Positions 13,150 to 26,510 are shown, counted from the stretch's first letter. The stretch is DNA of 64,000 bases from Eledone cirrhosa (GCA_964016885.1 OZ024740.1:407526001-407590000); one strand, 5' to 3'. The notes: generated by a model from the letters alone, not told the origin. A program made the numbers and translations.

Positions 13150-13540
13150 ATGTACGTATCAGTTTAGCGGACGTTTATTATAACGCCCGCTTTGTCCGTT
13201 TGTAAACAAACGGACAGCCTGATTTATGCCGTACGGTGTTAAGGCAACTACGTCACCTTTTTGTTCAACACTGACACAGGAACGATGTACTAGTTTCAAG
13301 CTTCTTAGCTATCATCAGCACCGTATACCCTTCTGCCAGATGGTTGAACGTTCGAAAGTATATACTTTCCTTATGAAAATTAACGGCTGAGCAGCCTAAT
13401 TTGCATATCGAGTGAGTTCAGTCAGCCAGGCATACCGAAAACGATAAGTTGTAATAGAATGAAACGAAATTTCATTTCTCACTCTTAGTGCCGTACTAAG
13501 AGTGAGAAATGAAATTTCGTTTCATTCTATTACAACTTAT
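13150..13540 (-). mobile_element. PLE-like non-autonomous element in (TA)n: 5' palindrome + hammerhead + AATAAA
   Basis: Flanked by (TA)n. Palindrome with 46-bp arms at 13444-13540, hammerhead at 13282-13324, minus-strand AATAAA at 13174-13179. Confidence 0.6.
13282..13324 (-). ncRNA. Minimal type I hammerhead ribozyme
   Basis: ACGGTG-CTGATGA-T-AGC(TAAGAA)GCT-T-GAA-ACTAGT-A-CATCGT: 6-bp stem I, intact core, palindromic stem III, GUA site. Confidence 0.8.
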
Positions 13541-13603
13541 ATATATATATATATATATATATTAAAATAACAGATTAAAATATATATATATATATATATA
13601 TAA

Positions 13604-13634
<31 letters not shown>

Positions 13635-13638
13635 TAAA

Positions 13639-14016
13639 TCATCATCATTTTACGTCCGCTTTTCCCTGCTTGCAAGGGTGGGACAGGAACTGATTCTGGC
13701 TTGATTTCTACAGCTGGATGCCTTTCCTAACACCAACCTCATTTACAGTGAGTGCTGGGTGCTTTTTCCGTGGTGCCTACACATCCACTTTACAGTGTGA
13801 GCTGGGTTTTTTTTACCATGGCACTTCCACGACCACTTTGCAGTGGAATGATAGGGACCCCAGTCCCTATCATCTCATTTCTACAGCTGAGTAAACTGGA
13901 GCAATGTGAAATAAAGCGTCTTGCTCAAGGAAACAACACATCACCCGGTCTGAGAATTGAACTCACAACCTTTCGATTGCAAGCCCAATGCTCTAACCAC
14001 TAAGCCATGTGCCTCC
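13639..14016 (-). mobile_element. Full-length SINE family 1: tRNA-derived head + CORE-like domain + RTE-derived tail
   Basis: A box TGGCTTAGTGG, B box GTTCAATTC, CCTTGAGCAAGAC domain, tail CCCTTGCAAGCAGGGAAAAGCGGACGTAAAA(TGA)n matching the RTE subfamily A end. Confidence 0.85.
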
Positions 14017-14091
14017 ATACTCCTAATATATATATATATATATATATAGTGACGAAACATAAGTCAATTACATGAACTCATAATCCTTTAT

Positions 14092-14143
14092 TATATATAT
14101 TTCGATGATAGCCATTGGATGGCTATGACCTCATCAGGCAGTT
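14092..14143 (-). ncRNA. Hammerhead-like motif (core + long stem II) in (TA)n
   Basis: CTGATGA-GGTCATAGCCA(TCCAA)TGGCTATCATC-GAA-ATATAT-A followed by AATAAA; the 3' strand of stem I is missing. Confidence 0.55.
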
Positions 14144-15399
14144 AGTCAGCTCTGTGTTTTTGGTGTTGATGGTATCAGAGCCTTGGGACATATATATATA
14201 TATATTCTGTATGGTATTCTTGCTGGTGACATGACAAAAGCACTTAGTCAACCTAGCAAAGAAATCTTGTTGGTGACATGACAAAAAGCACTCAGTTCAC
14301 CCTATAAGGTAGTTATATTGATTTGCTTACTGAGTGGGTGGAACTTGTTAACATGGATCAAGGAAAGAATGTTTCCATTAGTTTTTCCATTGCTGATACA
14401 ATCTACCAGTCACAACTTTTGGCAGGAAGAGCAACAGGAAATAAAGTGTCTTGTTCAAGGATTGCCTATTCCAGGAATTGAACTCACAACCTCCCAGTTG
14501 TGAATCCAATTCTATAACCACTATGTCACATGCCTTCACCAACATACATTGATAGATATTATTGTTTAGATGTAGCTGGACTCCTAAATATGAGAATTAT
14601 GGAATTGTTATAAGTGGTATCTTAAAGTCACGGATTAACTGGTGCTAATCATAAAGAAAATGTGTGTTAAACTAAAGATTTTTCAATATTTGTTATCTGC
14701 TATTGTCACATAATCAAGAATATATCTTAATACTGCACAGGATTCTCTCAACCAGTGTCTAGAATTCAATAATCTATAAAGATAAGGTATTTACAAGAAA
14801 ATCAATGCAATAATCATAATCAATTGTGTTTGAAATGGGGGTAGACAAGATATTAGAAGAGATATTGAACAACCAGCTTATATGTTAGGAGTTCAAATTT
14901 AATACATGAGACATAGATTTCTCTTTCATCTATTTAACATTACAGTAACTAGAATTTCCTTTTGATTTGTGAATAGATTATATTGCTAGACTATTCTGCT
15001 TAATTTGGAATCTTCTAGTTTTGTATTCAAAATATTACTTAATGAACTACACATATGTGTTAGAAAGACAGAATTTACATTTATGAAAACCACAAATATC
15101 CTTAAGTTTTTAATATTGACTTTCTTCCATAAGACTAAATTACTTCTTATAGGTAAATCCAAATTGCTTCAGATGTGTAAATCGACCATTAGGTATAGGA
15201 GTGAAAGAACAATTGTCATTTAGTAGCTTATCTTCTGACACAACTGGTTGCAGAGAAAAAAGTGGCATCAACAGCAGAGATCAACTGCTGAATTGGGTCT
15301 GTGACTTCTGCATTTGGCTCCCTTCAATGATGTGTCTGGAAGAAATATCATATCTCCCTAAGGCCCAAGATCTGTCTTTTCTGCACGCTAGTCCTACCT

Positions 15400-15812
15400 G
15401 TCATCCTCTACAACTGAGACTTGGACCATCCTTAAATAGGACCTGAACAAGCTCAAGGTGTGGTTCTACCTGTCGTCCTCTACAAATCCAGCAATACAGG
15501 CTACAGTGGTTTGGCCACATCTGCAGGATGAGCACTGGAAGACTACCACACCAACTTTTGTCATGACAGTGACCCATGTGCTGGAGAATCCAGCACAGCA
15601 CACTGAAGAAGACAAAGGCTAAAAAAATCGAAGAGGACCTGAAATTGTAGTGCCTAGATCTTGACCATGCTAAGGTCAGCTCCATGGATAAAAAAAATGT
15701 GGAAGATCATCATCATTGGAGTTCATCATCCAACAGCACCCACAGCAGAATATTGGTTGAGAGGACAGCCTACCTCAATTGTCAGCTAGGGATCAAAGAA
15801 GAAGAAAAAGAA
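15400..15812 (+). mobile_element. Old RTE-clade 3' fragment
   Basis: RLQWFGHICRMSTGRLPHQLL; ends in (GAA)n. Confidence 0.55.
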
Positions 15813-17164
15813 GCTTGTCCTCCACAAAGTTTTCTTTGAGGTAAATAGTGCAAAAGAACTATGATAGTTTAAAAACAAATCTATACTAAGGAGTTGCGCA
15901 TAGCTTGTAATACACACACACACACATATATATCTATCTATATATATATATATAAACACCCATATACAGGACTAAGGAAGGTATGCTGTGTTTTAATACC
16001 AAACTGCTTGAAACTGTTCTCTATTATATGATACAAAGCTGTTTATTTTAAAGTATCTATATTTATTTAGAAATGTTTCATCATTATCTTATGTTAGAAC
16101 CATTGTTCAGCTATATTCCAAACATCAGCTTAATAATGAGAAGGTTTGTTATATTACTAAATCCCTCCAAATTCTTGGTTATTTTCAAAATTATTTGAAA
16201 ATCATAGTGTTTTCCATTATAAATAAAGTAATGAAAGAGTTAATCATCTATTTTGTGAAGAAATTCCGTAAAGTATAAATGTGATGTTCATTTAAAGCTT
16301 TACTATATTGGTTTGGTTTGGTATGTGTGATGTAGGACATTGTAATTACCCCTTGGTATAAGTGCATGGTAAGCTAGCTTGAGAGTGTTGCATAGTTTAC
16401 AACTTACATGTTTGCAAGCAAATATATAAATCACATTAGTATTTTGTTTGAGAATTTATAAGCTTGTGTTTTGATATAAATAAGATTAACAATAGACCCA
16501 ATTTTTTCTAATACAGCACATGGCTAAATAAACAGACAGACAATATACACTAGTCATAAACAAAAATAAACTACTTTTCCTCTAGAACTGCAGTCACCAG
16601 CAATTTTTTCTCAACCCCATTTTCCCTCCATGCATCAAGCTACAAAAGTTCAGGCTGATCATCAAACACTTCTATCTCACTAATGTTAGAGGCTTTACAA
16701 AGGTTATGGGTAAAGCTCTTGCTCTTCCAGTGAAATAAACATACAATGTAAGACAGCAATATTTTTAGTTACTTACCTTTCAATCTTCTTACTTTAGAAA
16801 AAGGACAGTCAGATATTTGTTCAGTGTATTAATAAATTTGAAAACTCTATTACTCTTTTCTCTGTTTCAGCCATATGGCTGAGGCCTTGCTGGGGCACCT
16901 ACCTTAGAATTTTTTGAAATTATCTCTTCTCTTTGAGAGTCACTAACAATTGCTAACAGGGTTTTGCTTTCTACCTCCTATTCAGAAGAAAATTTCAATA
17001 AGAATTTATTGCAGATGCTTATCAGTACATCATGCTGTAATGAAATTATACAAATTGATATTGGCATCTTTCATTTATTTTAATTAGCTGTTTTTTATTT
17101 TTTTATTTTCAATTATCTAGATTACTCTTCCCCCCCCCCCCCCCCAAAAAAAAATTCATAACTA

Positions 17165-17960
17165 CTTCCTTCTTCTCCTAGGAGGGTGGTGGGTGGTGGT
17201 GGTAGTGGCCCGTGGAGGCAGAGTCCTCATACACACTTTTCAGAGGGTCCTATCAGAAGCAACTGCCTGCAATTGATCTGCCTGGACCCCCAAGCAAGAT
17301 CAACCAAGCTCATGGATGTTATACAACCATTTTCATTGTGATCTACCACTGGATCTCCTGCTAGTTGGCTTTGCCTATAAAATCTGTCCAGTGAAGTCTA
17401 TGCTAAGTGTCTGGCAAAGAGATGTAGGGAGATTGTCAAGTCTAAGCTAGCTGATGATGCTGAGTGCTGCATGGCTGGAATGAAAATTAGTGCTGCGAAG
17501 ACTGAGATACTCGTCCTCTCAAGGAAGCCTGTGCAGTGCACCCTAGAGGTGAATGGAGTTCCACTGAAGCAGGTGAAGAAGTTCAAGTATCTAGGGACCA
17601 TGTTCATGAATGATGGAAGGTAAGAGGCTGAATTAAAAGCAATAAATGCAGGATCTGGTGCAACAATATGCCAGCTTCAGCACGGTCAACAAAAGGAAGT
17701 AGATACATGTAAAAGCCAAACTTGTATTATTCAGTTTAGTGTTCATGTCAATTACCTATGGTAATTACCAAAAGAATAAGATTGTGAATACAAGTGACCA
17801 AAATGGGGTACCTCTGAGGGTCTTGAGTAATGTTACACAACAGGGTGCATAGCTCAGAGATCAGGGAGTTGTTCCAGGTAGAGCTGCTAGTTCTCCAAAT
17901 TGAGAGATCACAGCTCCGATACTATGGAGATGTGGTTAAAATGTCTAAGGAAATAATAAC
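17165..17960. mobile_element. Old RTE-clade element with inverted 5' part
   Basis: Plus 17390-17960 encodes MKISAAKTE...KFKYLG...QLRYYGDVVKM; minus 17390-17165 encodes the next C-terminal part. Confidence 0.6.
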
Positions 17961-18224
17961 CATAACTCCTTTTCTATATGTAAAAATCTATTTACTGGCC
18001 TGCAGACTTGAGTAAACTGTAATATGCAGTCTTGGTCAGCAAAGATCATACTTTCATTTCCTGTGGCATGTAAATTAACTTGAGAAATTTATTCTCAATT
18101 TCTTGAAATGATCTCCAGTTCTCTTTGAGAGTCACAAAGAATTGTCTCCCACTCAGAGAGAAATTTCAATAAATTAAGAATTCATTACATACACCATTTA
18201 GTAACTTTACCTGACAATCATTTT

Positions 18225-18675
18225 AGTGTTGATGCCATGATTAAATGCAATATAGTATTAACTTGTTGAGTACCCAACAACCTTTTTAGTACTGGTGCCA
18301 TGATAAAAGGCACTCTGTAAAGAGGTTGGCAATCACATGGAGAAAATACAGAATAAGCCTATTGAGTACATGACAACCTCTTTAGTACTGGTAGCATAAT
18401 AAAATGCACCCAGCAGACCCTGTAAAGTAGATGACAGTTGAGCAGAGATAATAGAGGCTAGGGAAAACACTTCAGTCTGGCAGAACATATGACAACTTTC
18501 CTAGTGTAAGTGTCATGATAAAATGCACACAGTACACGCTGTAAAGTGGTTGGAATTAGGAAGGACGTCAAACTGATCCATTTAGTCTTGGATCAAGACA
18601 AACCATCCAACTGATGCCAACAAGGAAGGCAGGCAACATGGAAGGATGAGGATGATGATGACAATGATGATGATA
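18225..18675 (+). repeat. Degenerate tandem modules ending in a SINE/RTE tail
   Basis: Repeated TGCCATGATAAAATGCAC...CTGTAAAG units, then GGTTGGAATTAGGAAGG and (GAT)n. Confidence 0.55.
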
Positions 18676-19316
18676 CATCGCCATTGAATTTGGAGGATGT
18701 GTAAAGGCTGGAATATCCTCTGTTGTATGGGCATTTTAGTGTACATCACCATCAGCATCATCAATTTATGTCTGCTCTTGCAGGGGTTGAACAGGTCCTT
18801 TCTAGCAGATCACAAATGAGCTGAGAGAAAAACGAGGTATGAGAAGAATCAATTGTACAGACATGTGATGTGAGTGGATGATAACAATTGCGTAATTCTA
18901 GATGGAAGAAGACACCTATAGAAGAGGAAGATATATGAAGAAGTGATGATGACTGATCATGGACAGATGAACCTCATGAAAATGACAAGGGATGGAAATA
19001 AATGGTAAAATGCTGCAAAAAAAAAAAAAAAAAGTCTGGTCAAATCCATGCAAGCATGGATAAATGGATATAAAACTTATGATGATGATGATAATATATA
19101 TATGTATAGCTCTTATTAACTGACACAAATGAATTATTTTGAGTCAAGCATCAAATCTCTGTTCTTTCTGCTTGACTAATTAACTATACAGAATCCTTGT
19201 AAGCCAATAAAGCAAAGAATGACATATTGTTTGCAAAGAGCATTAGTGATACTGAAATGAAATGGCTCAACTTAAAACTGAAACTGAGTCAAGATCTCAG
19301 TTAACCGATAACTTAC

Positions 19317-19346
19317 CACTACTGCATAGTGCTCTGCAACAGCAGC
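19317..19346 (-). CDS. Candidate 30-nt host-gene exon (AAVAEHYAVV)
   Basis: TTTTTAG acceptor, GTAAGT donor, phase 0/0. Confidence 0.45.
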
Positions 19347-20484
19347 CTAAAAATCAAGTAAATACTTTTAATGGTTTAAGTTATTCTCAATTTAATTAAG
19401 ATTTTGTCTGGTCTGTCACATGTGGAAAAAAGTCTAGGATGAACATCTGCATGAAAAAGTACAGAACAAGTACTAGCTGAAGCATAGAAACACAAGAAAA
19501 ATAATATTTAAGACAAAATGAGTGAACTCACATAGAATATACAACAGCAACTACTAATTAAAGAAGCAGTGACCAAAATGAAGTATAATACAGTTTTCAG
19601 TTTTTAAGGTGATGAAAGTTCAGTTGATAATGTGTAAAAAGAAGATATCATTATATTTTCAGATAAATTTCTAATGTATTTGATTTGCTATTGATTTTCA
19701 ATGTAATATTGTACCAAAAAATAGACATATGAGATGAGTGGAGGAGAGAGTCAGTGAGGTGGGAAAAGAGAGAGAAAGAAAGAGAAGAGAGAGAAAGAGA
19801 GAAAAAGAAAGAGAAGACGGAGAAAGAGAGAAAAAAAAAGAGAGAGAGAGAGGGGATAGAGAGATAAAAAGAGGGAGGGAAAGAAGCAGGCAGATATATG
19901 AGACAGAAAAAGAAATTTACAAGCAATTCTAAAAACACCTTTTCCAATTTTATTACGTATTAGATGTGAATCTAAATAATTTTACCAATTAATTCATCTG
20001 ATTAATCTTATTTTTTACCTTCCCAACATGTTATACTTTTACAATATCTGCTAATGATGATTTCTAGTTTAGGCAAAAGGTCACAAATCATAGAGAAAGA
20101 GTATAGTTCATTAAATTAATGCTAATATTGACCATAAAAAGATATCTGCTAATGATTAACAAAACTCTTAAATGTCATAACATAACTTTTCCTCATCTTC
20201 ACAACATAATAATTTATCCCACATTTGAACTGTTTATGTTTAATTACTGATACAAACCATTACTAGTTTTCTCAGATCCTGCTGTCTGCTTTATGCAATA
20301 TCATATGAAAAAGAAGGGGAGTATTATATCAGAAAGCTATACTTAAGAAAGACATTTTTTTTCAGAGGTGAAATATAACAAATAAGAAATGGCAAAATGT
20401 TAAATTTTGTTCAACTAATTTAGTCTTGTATTTTAAATATTTGTTTCTTTTTATAGAGGCATTGGGTGTATTAGCAGAATATAT

Positions 20485-20659
20485 CATTATCATCATCATC
20501 ATCATCATCATCATCACCGTTTTACGTCTGTTCCATGCTAGCATGGGTTAGACGCGTTGTCCAGTTGTGGGCAGTGCCAGGTCAGGTGACTTTGTCTTGC
20601 TCATACAGGAACTGATTTTGGCTTGATCAGTTCCCATATGAGCAAGACAAGGTCACCTG
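20485..20659 (-). mobile_element. RTE subfamily B 3' tail fragment with fold-back 5' end
   Basis: (CAT)n tail; inverted arms at 20582-20659. Confidence 0.7.
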
Positions 20660-21323
20660 AATATATATATAATATATCATTATCTACTCACATCCGTTTC
20701 GATAATGTTGGTAATTGCAGAATTAAAGTCCTAACACTTCCTACTCATTGCCTTCTATTACATTGCAATGATATTTGCTGCCTATTTCCTATTCCTGTGA
20801 TGTATCATCACCTTGTTACTATCTGTATAGAAAATATGCTGTTATTAATTCTTTGGCCAGTGTTCATTGAGCAGACCTATTTTTGTGTGCTGATGCTAGA
20901 TGAACTGGCTTTTTATAATTGTTTTTGTTTTTAGAAAGAAGTTTTGAATTTTAATGGAAGATATACTGTAAATTGATAAGTTAGCGGAAGTTACTATCAG
21001 TAGAAATAGATCAAGGAAGTCTTTGGAAGTAGTTAGATGAAACTGTTTAACCTGACATATGACACCATATAAAGATACAAGAAGATTTGGAGTATTTTAT
21101 ATCTAGTTAATTCCTGTCAGCATTACAGAAGATAAATGACCAAGTAGATATGGTATTTGGTCATAAGTTCAATCCTTTGCAATTATATTAGAAATATCTC
21201 TTAATTGTATACATTAAGGATTCTAGTAGGGAAATTGTTTTTAGGTTAAAAAATTCTTTATCACTTTGTTTATGCTAGATTTATTTTCCTTAACATTGAT
21301 TTTAAGGATGTTATTGTTAAATT

Positions 21324-21381
21324 AATATAGATATGCTTATTATTTTAGATGTCCATCTAAAATAATAAGCATATCTATATT
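21324..21381. repeat. Perfect palindrome, 28-bp arms, 2-nt loop
   Basis: AATATAGATATGCTTATTATTTTAGATG-TC-CATCTAAAATAATAAGCATATCTATATT. Confidence 0.9.
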
Positions 21382-21778
21382 TTTAAAAATTAATATTAAA
21401 AGCAAAATATAATGTAACATTTCACTTTTTGAACTTGTCAATTATATAATACATATTTTTTAAAGTCTTTGTGAATCAGTTATTCTTTATTATCATTTGT
21501 ACACAGTTTGGAAATTTAGCAAAGTTTTGCATATTAATATTATACTAAAACTTGTTTAATATGAGTAATGTGACTGTGAGTATTAAATTTTGTTATTTAT
21601 TGAATGAAGAAATGAAGAACAGCATGACATCTACTTTTGCATTCTAATTGACCTACTGTAGGCAATGCAGCAGTAAAATAGATGAAATTTACTAATTTGT
21701 GCATGTGCACATCTTAAAGGCATCTGGCAAGATTTGCATCATAATATATCTATTATTCATGCAAACTACTCCACTTAC

Positions 21779-21888
21779 CCTCTCTGACTGACTACATTGA
21801 AGGCAGTTCATAACTTTGTTCCAGACTGATATAAGGCCATCAGATGAAGTGTTGGTAAATCTCGGAGATTCAAAGGTAGGAAAATATT
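21779..21888 (-). CDS. Host-gene exon (EYFPTFESPRFTNTSSDGLISVWNKVMNCLQCSQSER)
   Basis: CTTCCTTGTAG acceptor, GTAAGT donor, 110 nt, phase 1/0. Confidence 0.65.
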
Positions 21889-22178
21889 CTACAAGGAAGT
21901 TGGTAACAAATACAGGAATGTTTTCAAAATCCCCAACAATGAAAATTAACTTTGTATTGTTTACCAACACAAAAAACTTTACAGATTTAATTTGAAAAAT
22001 ATGAATATATAGAAGAAATAAAACAACCCCACGTTGAAAGAAAAACTTGAACTCAATTATATACTGATTAATTTGAAAAAATTAACATATTTTATGAAGA
22101 TTTCAAAGTTTCTGGAAAAGATTTCAAGTTTTAGAAAACAAATAAACTTAATATTAGATTTGCCTTGTATGAGTGTGT

Positions 22179-22256
<78 letters not shown>

Positions 22257-22258
<2 letters not shown>

Positions 22259-22423
22259 CGAAGGAATTGTGGTAAGGAACCATTTGGACCGTAACGCACC
22301 AAAGTACTCAATACTTAGGGCAGTAGAGTGGGTAATAGGAACAAGTATGACCCCTACGGCAGAATCTCGAAATAGCCGTCGAAACGGCTTGAGCTCTGCC
22401 GTCGAGGTCATACTTGTTCCTAT
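22257..22423 (-). mobile_element. Fold-back element family H1 in (TA)n
   Basis: Hairpin at 22335-22423 plus a ~80-bp tail; homologous to 28687-28881. Confidence 0.75.
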
Positions 22424-23485
22424 ATATATATATATATTATGTTTTACATCTAGATTGATTGCCATTTTTAATACTGTCAAAGGTTGAACAATTCTATAAG
22501 TTTTGAAATTTGCTTTAATGTAAAGGAAAAAAATATCACTTAACACTCAAATAAAAGTCATTTCTAGACTATAAAAGACTATTTCTACTTTTTTCTCCAG
22601 ACAAATAATAAAACAAGTCTAAAAGTATAATTGAATAAATTACCTTGAATACCATTTATTTGAATGTTTTAGGTGATTTTCATTACATATACTTAAACAG
22701 ATATATATGTATACTCACACATACACATGTATTCATGTACAAACACAAACTTCGATTTTGTGTTTGCGAACAATTTCTAAACCATTTTCTAAATCTTTGT
22801 TCTGTATTTCCTTCTTTTACTAGTTCACCAATGTTCTATATATGACAAGTAAAAGTACTTTTGTTTGTGGTATAATCTATTGTCTGACATTAACAGCCTC
22901 ATATTAATTTAACAATAACATCCTTAAAATCAATGTTAAGGAAAATAAATCTAGCATAAACAAAGAGTGATAAAGAATTTTTTAACCTAAAAACAATTTC
23001 CCTACTAGAATCCTAAAATTTACTACAGGCCTAAACAATAATATGAAGTCTTCACAAGATGATCCTTGTTTTTCCTATATTCACACTAATTCAGACATTT
23101 AAAATCCTGTCTTAACAAATGTTAAAATTAAGGCATGTAACAATGCTGATAACAATTGCCTAACACTATGATACCAATCAGTTTTGCCAAAGCTAAAATT
23201 CATACTAAATTGTACATCATTCAGAATATACTACTACTATATGGTAGTCAGTTCTACTATATGGCAGTCACTCCATATTATAAATGGCTTCTAAATCTAT
23301 TGTTCACCACAAGTCTTTTTAATACTTGCCAAGGTAGCATAGCAAATATGGAAATGCTAAAACTTGTTGATAGAAGATATATTTACTCAATGCTTTTGAT
23401 GCTTATCAAAAGATATCTTCTAAGAGAAATTTAACTTACATTACTCAGATATTATTATTATCATTATTATCATCATTATCATCAT

Positions 23486-23866
23486 AGTGGATTGGCAGTA
23501 TAGGTAGAGTGTTGGACAGAATGCTTTGCAGCATTTGTCAAGACTTTCTATGTTTTGAGTTCAAATCCGACTGAGGTCAACTTTGCTTTATATCGTTTCA
23601 GATGAAAGTGCCAGTTAAGTACTAAGGTCGATTTAATTGACTTTCCCCTCCCCTCAAAATGATAGACTTTGTCCCTAAATTAGAAATCATTTGGCAGTAT
23701 TGGTAGAGGGTCATACATGCTTTCCAGCATAGTTACATCCCTTTACGATCTGAGTTCAAATCCCGCCGAGGTTAACTTTGCCTTTCATCCTTACGAGGTC
23801 GATAAAATAAAGTACCAGTAATGTACTGGTTAATTGCTGGCCTTGTGCCAAAAGTAGAAACAATTA
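23486..23866 (+). mobile_element. Two tandem SINE family 2 copies (older + younger)
   Basis: Two TTGGCAGTAT.GGTAGAG heads and two central domains. Confidence 0.75.
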
Positions 23867-24810
23867 TTATTATTAAATGAAGTAAATACTTGACTGCTCC
23901 TTTAATAGTAGTTATACTTTTTACTGTTTTACAACTAGAATATGAAAAAAGACATTAAAAAGATGTGTCATCTGTCTTAACTGAACAACTACACAGATAC
24001 AAAGTTCCAAAGCTTTGCTTCAAACCTTTCAATTCATTTCTGGGGATACTATTTATGATATACTTACATCAGTTAGTAAATAATCTAGAGTTATTGATCT
24101 AGAGTTATATGTTCCTAGACATATCAGTATCATTTGATTAGGAAAAGTCAAGCAATTTATCAAAATTGTAAGATTTAAATAAGAATTGATGATAAATATC
24201 TACACACAAACATTTTAGAACCTGAAAGTCTTGTCGTTTTATATTTCCAATGAAGCTCACCCTCTCAAAATACCCTCTAATATATCTTCCTTATATAAAG
24301 TGATTGGGAAAAAATTAACAATTTCAGGAAATTTAATATGAATATATATTTAAAACCTTTATATATAATTGGAGAGTATTGTTTAGAGCTGAACATCAAA
24401 TCAAGGATTATTGATCTCTTGGAAAATAGTTTTTGAACCTTTTAATGTATCCATTTCATAAATATATACTTTAAATTGGTTTAATAATTACAAGCACCAT
24501 ATAGGTAATAGCTCATAGACAGAAAAGCTTGAGTGAGTATGTGTTTGAGAGAGAGAGAGAGAGGGAGTAAGTCAATGAATGATGACAATTGATATTTGCA
24601 ATTTGATATTACAAGTCCTGTACCGCCATCACTGAAACCATATCTTAATTGACTTGGTCTTTCCTAATCGATGATTGACAAAATAAATTTTAGCTCAACT
24701 TATCAAAAAAGAGAACTGATTTAGAAATAACTTGTTGTATCACAATATTTAACTTTATATTTGAACCCTGTTACAATACACACACATTATATATATATAT
24801 ATATATATAT

Positions 24811-24941
24811 GAGAGCAGACCTCAGATCGCTGAAACTCATGAGATGACGAAGGACCTGACAAGTGGTGAGATGATGTGCTGAATAGGACCTGTCCCACCC
24901 TTGCAAGCAGGGAAAAGTGGACGTAAAAAGATGATGATGAT
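24811..24941 (+). mobile_element. RTE subfamily A short 3' fragment
   Basis: Matches 26372-26510. Confidence 0.75.
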
Positions 24942-24989
24942 ATAAGATGATTGACTAAATACATACGTGTGGTTTTTTCTCTCTGTTAA

Positions 24990-26510
24990 AGGCACCAGGA
25001 GAAGTAGGCACTAAACTAGTTGCATGCATCATTAATCAAGCTATATATGGTGGTGTCATACCCAAAGACTGGTGCAGCAGTATTCTCATAAATTGCTACA
25101 AAGGTAAAGGGGATGCTCTAGAGAGGAGCAATTATAGGGCATAAAGCTGATGGATCAGGTTATGAAAATGGCAGAGAGAATATTAGCGCAACTGATTAGA
25201 GAAAGGGCCAATTTAGATGAGATGCAGTTTTGTGCCTCGGAAAAGTACAGCAGATGCCCTCTTCTTAATGAGGCAACTACAAGAGAGGTTCTTAGAGAAG
25301 AATAAGCCACTTTACTTAGCTTTTGTTGACCTAGAGAAGGCCTTTGATAGGGTACCCCGATCTGTCATCTGGTGGTCCCTAAGGAAACTAGGTGTAGAGC
25401 AATGGCTTGTGAGGACAGTGCAAGCTATGTACAGGGGTGCTGTCAGTAAAGTGAGAATAGGAATGGTATTTAGTGAGGAATATCAGATACAAGTAGGTGT
25501 ACATCAAGGTTCGGTCCTCAGCCCACTCTTGTTCATTATAGTCCTCCAAGCCATAACAGAGAAGTTTAAGACTGGATGCCCATGGGAACTTCTCTATGCT
25601 GATGATCTGGTTCTTATAGCAGAATCAGTAGAGGAGCTAGAGAATAAATTCTGGCTATGGAAACAGCAGTTGGAATCAAGAGGCCTGAGAGTGAACATAG
25701 CTAAAACAAAAGTGTTGATAAGTAGAAGAGAGAACAATACTCTGATTCCATCAGGGAAATGGCCATGTTCGATATGTAGGAAAGGAACTGGCATAAGTTC
25801 CATAAAATATATACAATGCAGATCTTGGGTACACAAGAGATGTAGTGGGATAGCAGGCAAACTAACAGGTAGGGAAAACTATGTATGCAGTAGATGTACA
25901 GGGAAAGTTGGCAGTAGTAATCGCTGTGATAGACTCATTTTTCCAATGCAGGTGGGTTCTATAGAAGTGGTTGATAGCTTCTGGTACCTAGGTGATCAGA
26001 TTAACATGGGAGGGGGGTGTTCCGATGCCATAGTATCTAGAATAAGGACAGGTTGGAAGAAGTTTAGAGAGCTGCTTCCTCTGTTGACAAAGAAGGGTTT
26101 CTCCCTGTGTACGAAAGGACGGTTATATGATGCCTGTGTGAGAAGCGCGATGCTGCATGGTAGTGAGACATGGGCAGCAACTGCTGTATAGATGAGTTGA
26201 GAAAGAAACTGAGTATAGGAGGGATAAGTTGTGTGTGCAGGAGAGAAGGCTGAGATGGTATGGACATGTGATGCCCATGGAGGATGACCGCTGGTTGAAG
26301 AAGTGCCAGGAAGTCCCAGTGGAGGGAAGACACAGTAGAGGTAGACCCCGAAAAACATGGGCAGAGGTGGTGAGAGCAGACCTCAGATCGCTGAAACTCA
26401 CTGAGGAGAAGATGAAGGACCGTGACAAGTGGAGAGATGCTGTGCTGAATAGGACTCGTCCAGCCCTTGCAAGCAGGGAAAAGCGAACGTAAAATGATGA
26501 TGATGATGAT
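24990..26510 (+). mobile_element. RTE-clade LINE subfamily A, 5'-truncated, frameshifted
   Basis: DLEKAFDRVP, GVHQGSVLSP, LYADD, PHD remnant, LRWYGHV; (TGA)n tail directly after the ORF stop. Confidence 0.92.

Noticed and set aside
13945-14016. tRNA gene
   Set aside because: It is the tRNA-derived head of a SINE; no complete cloverleaf.
16777-16791. 15-nt microexon before a strong GTAAGT donor
   Set aside because: Starts with TAA in the required phase.
24068-24220. Candidate exon with GTAAGT donor
   Set aside because: Stops in all frames from the best acceptor; the alternative reads like AT-rich noise.
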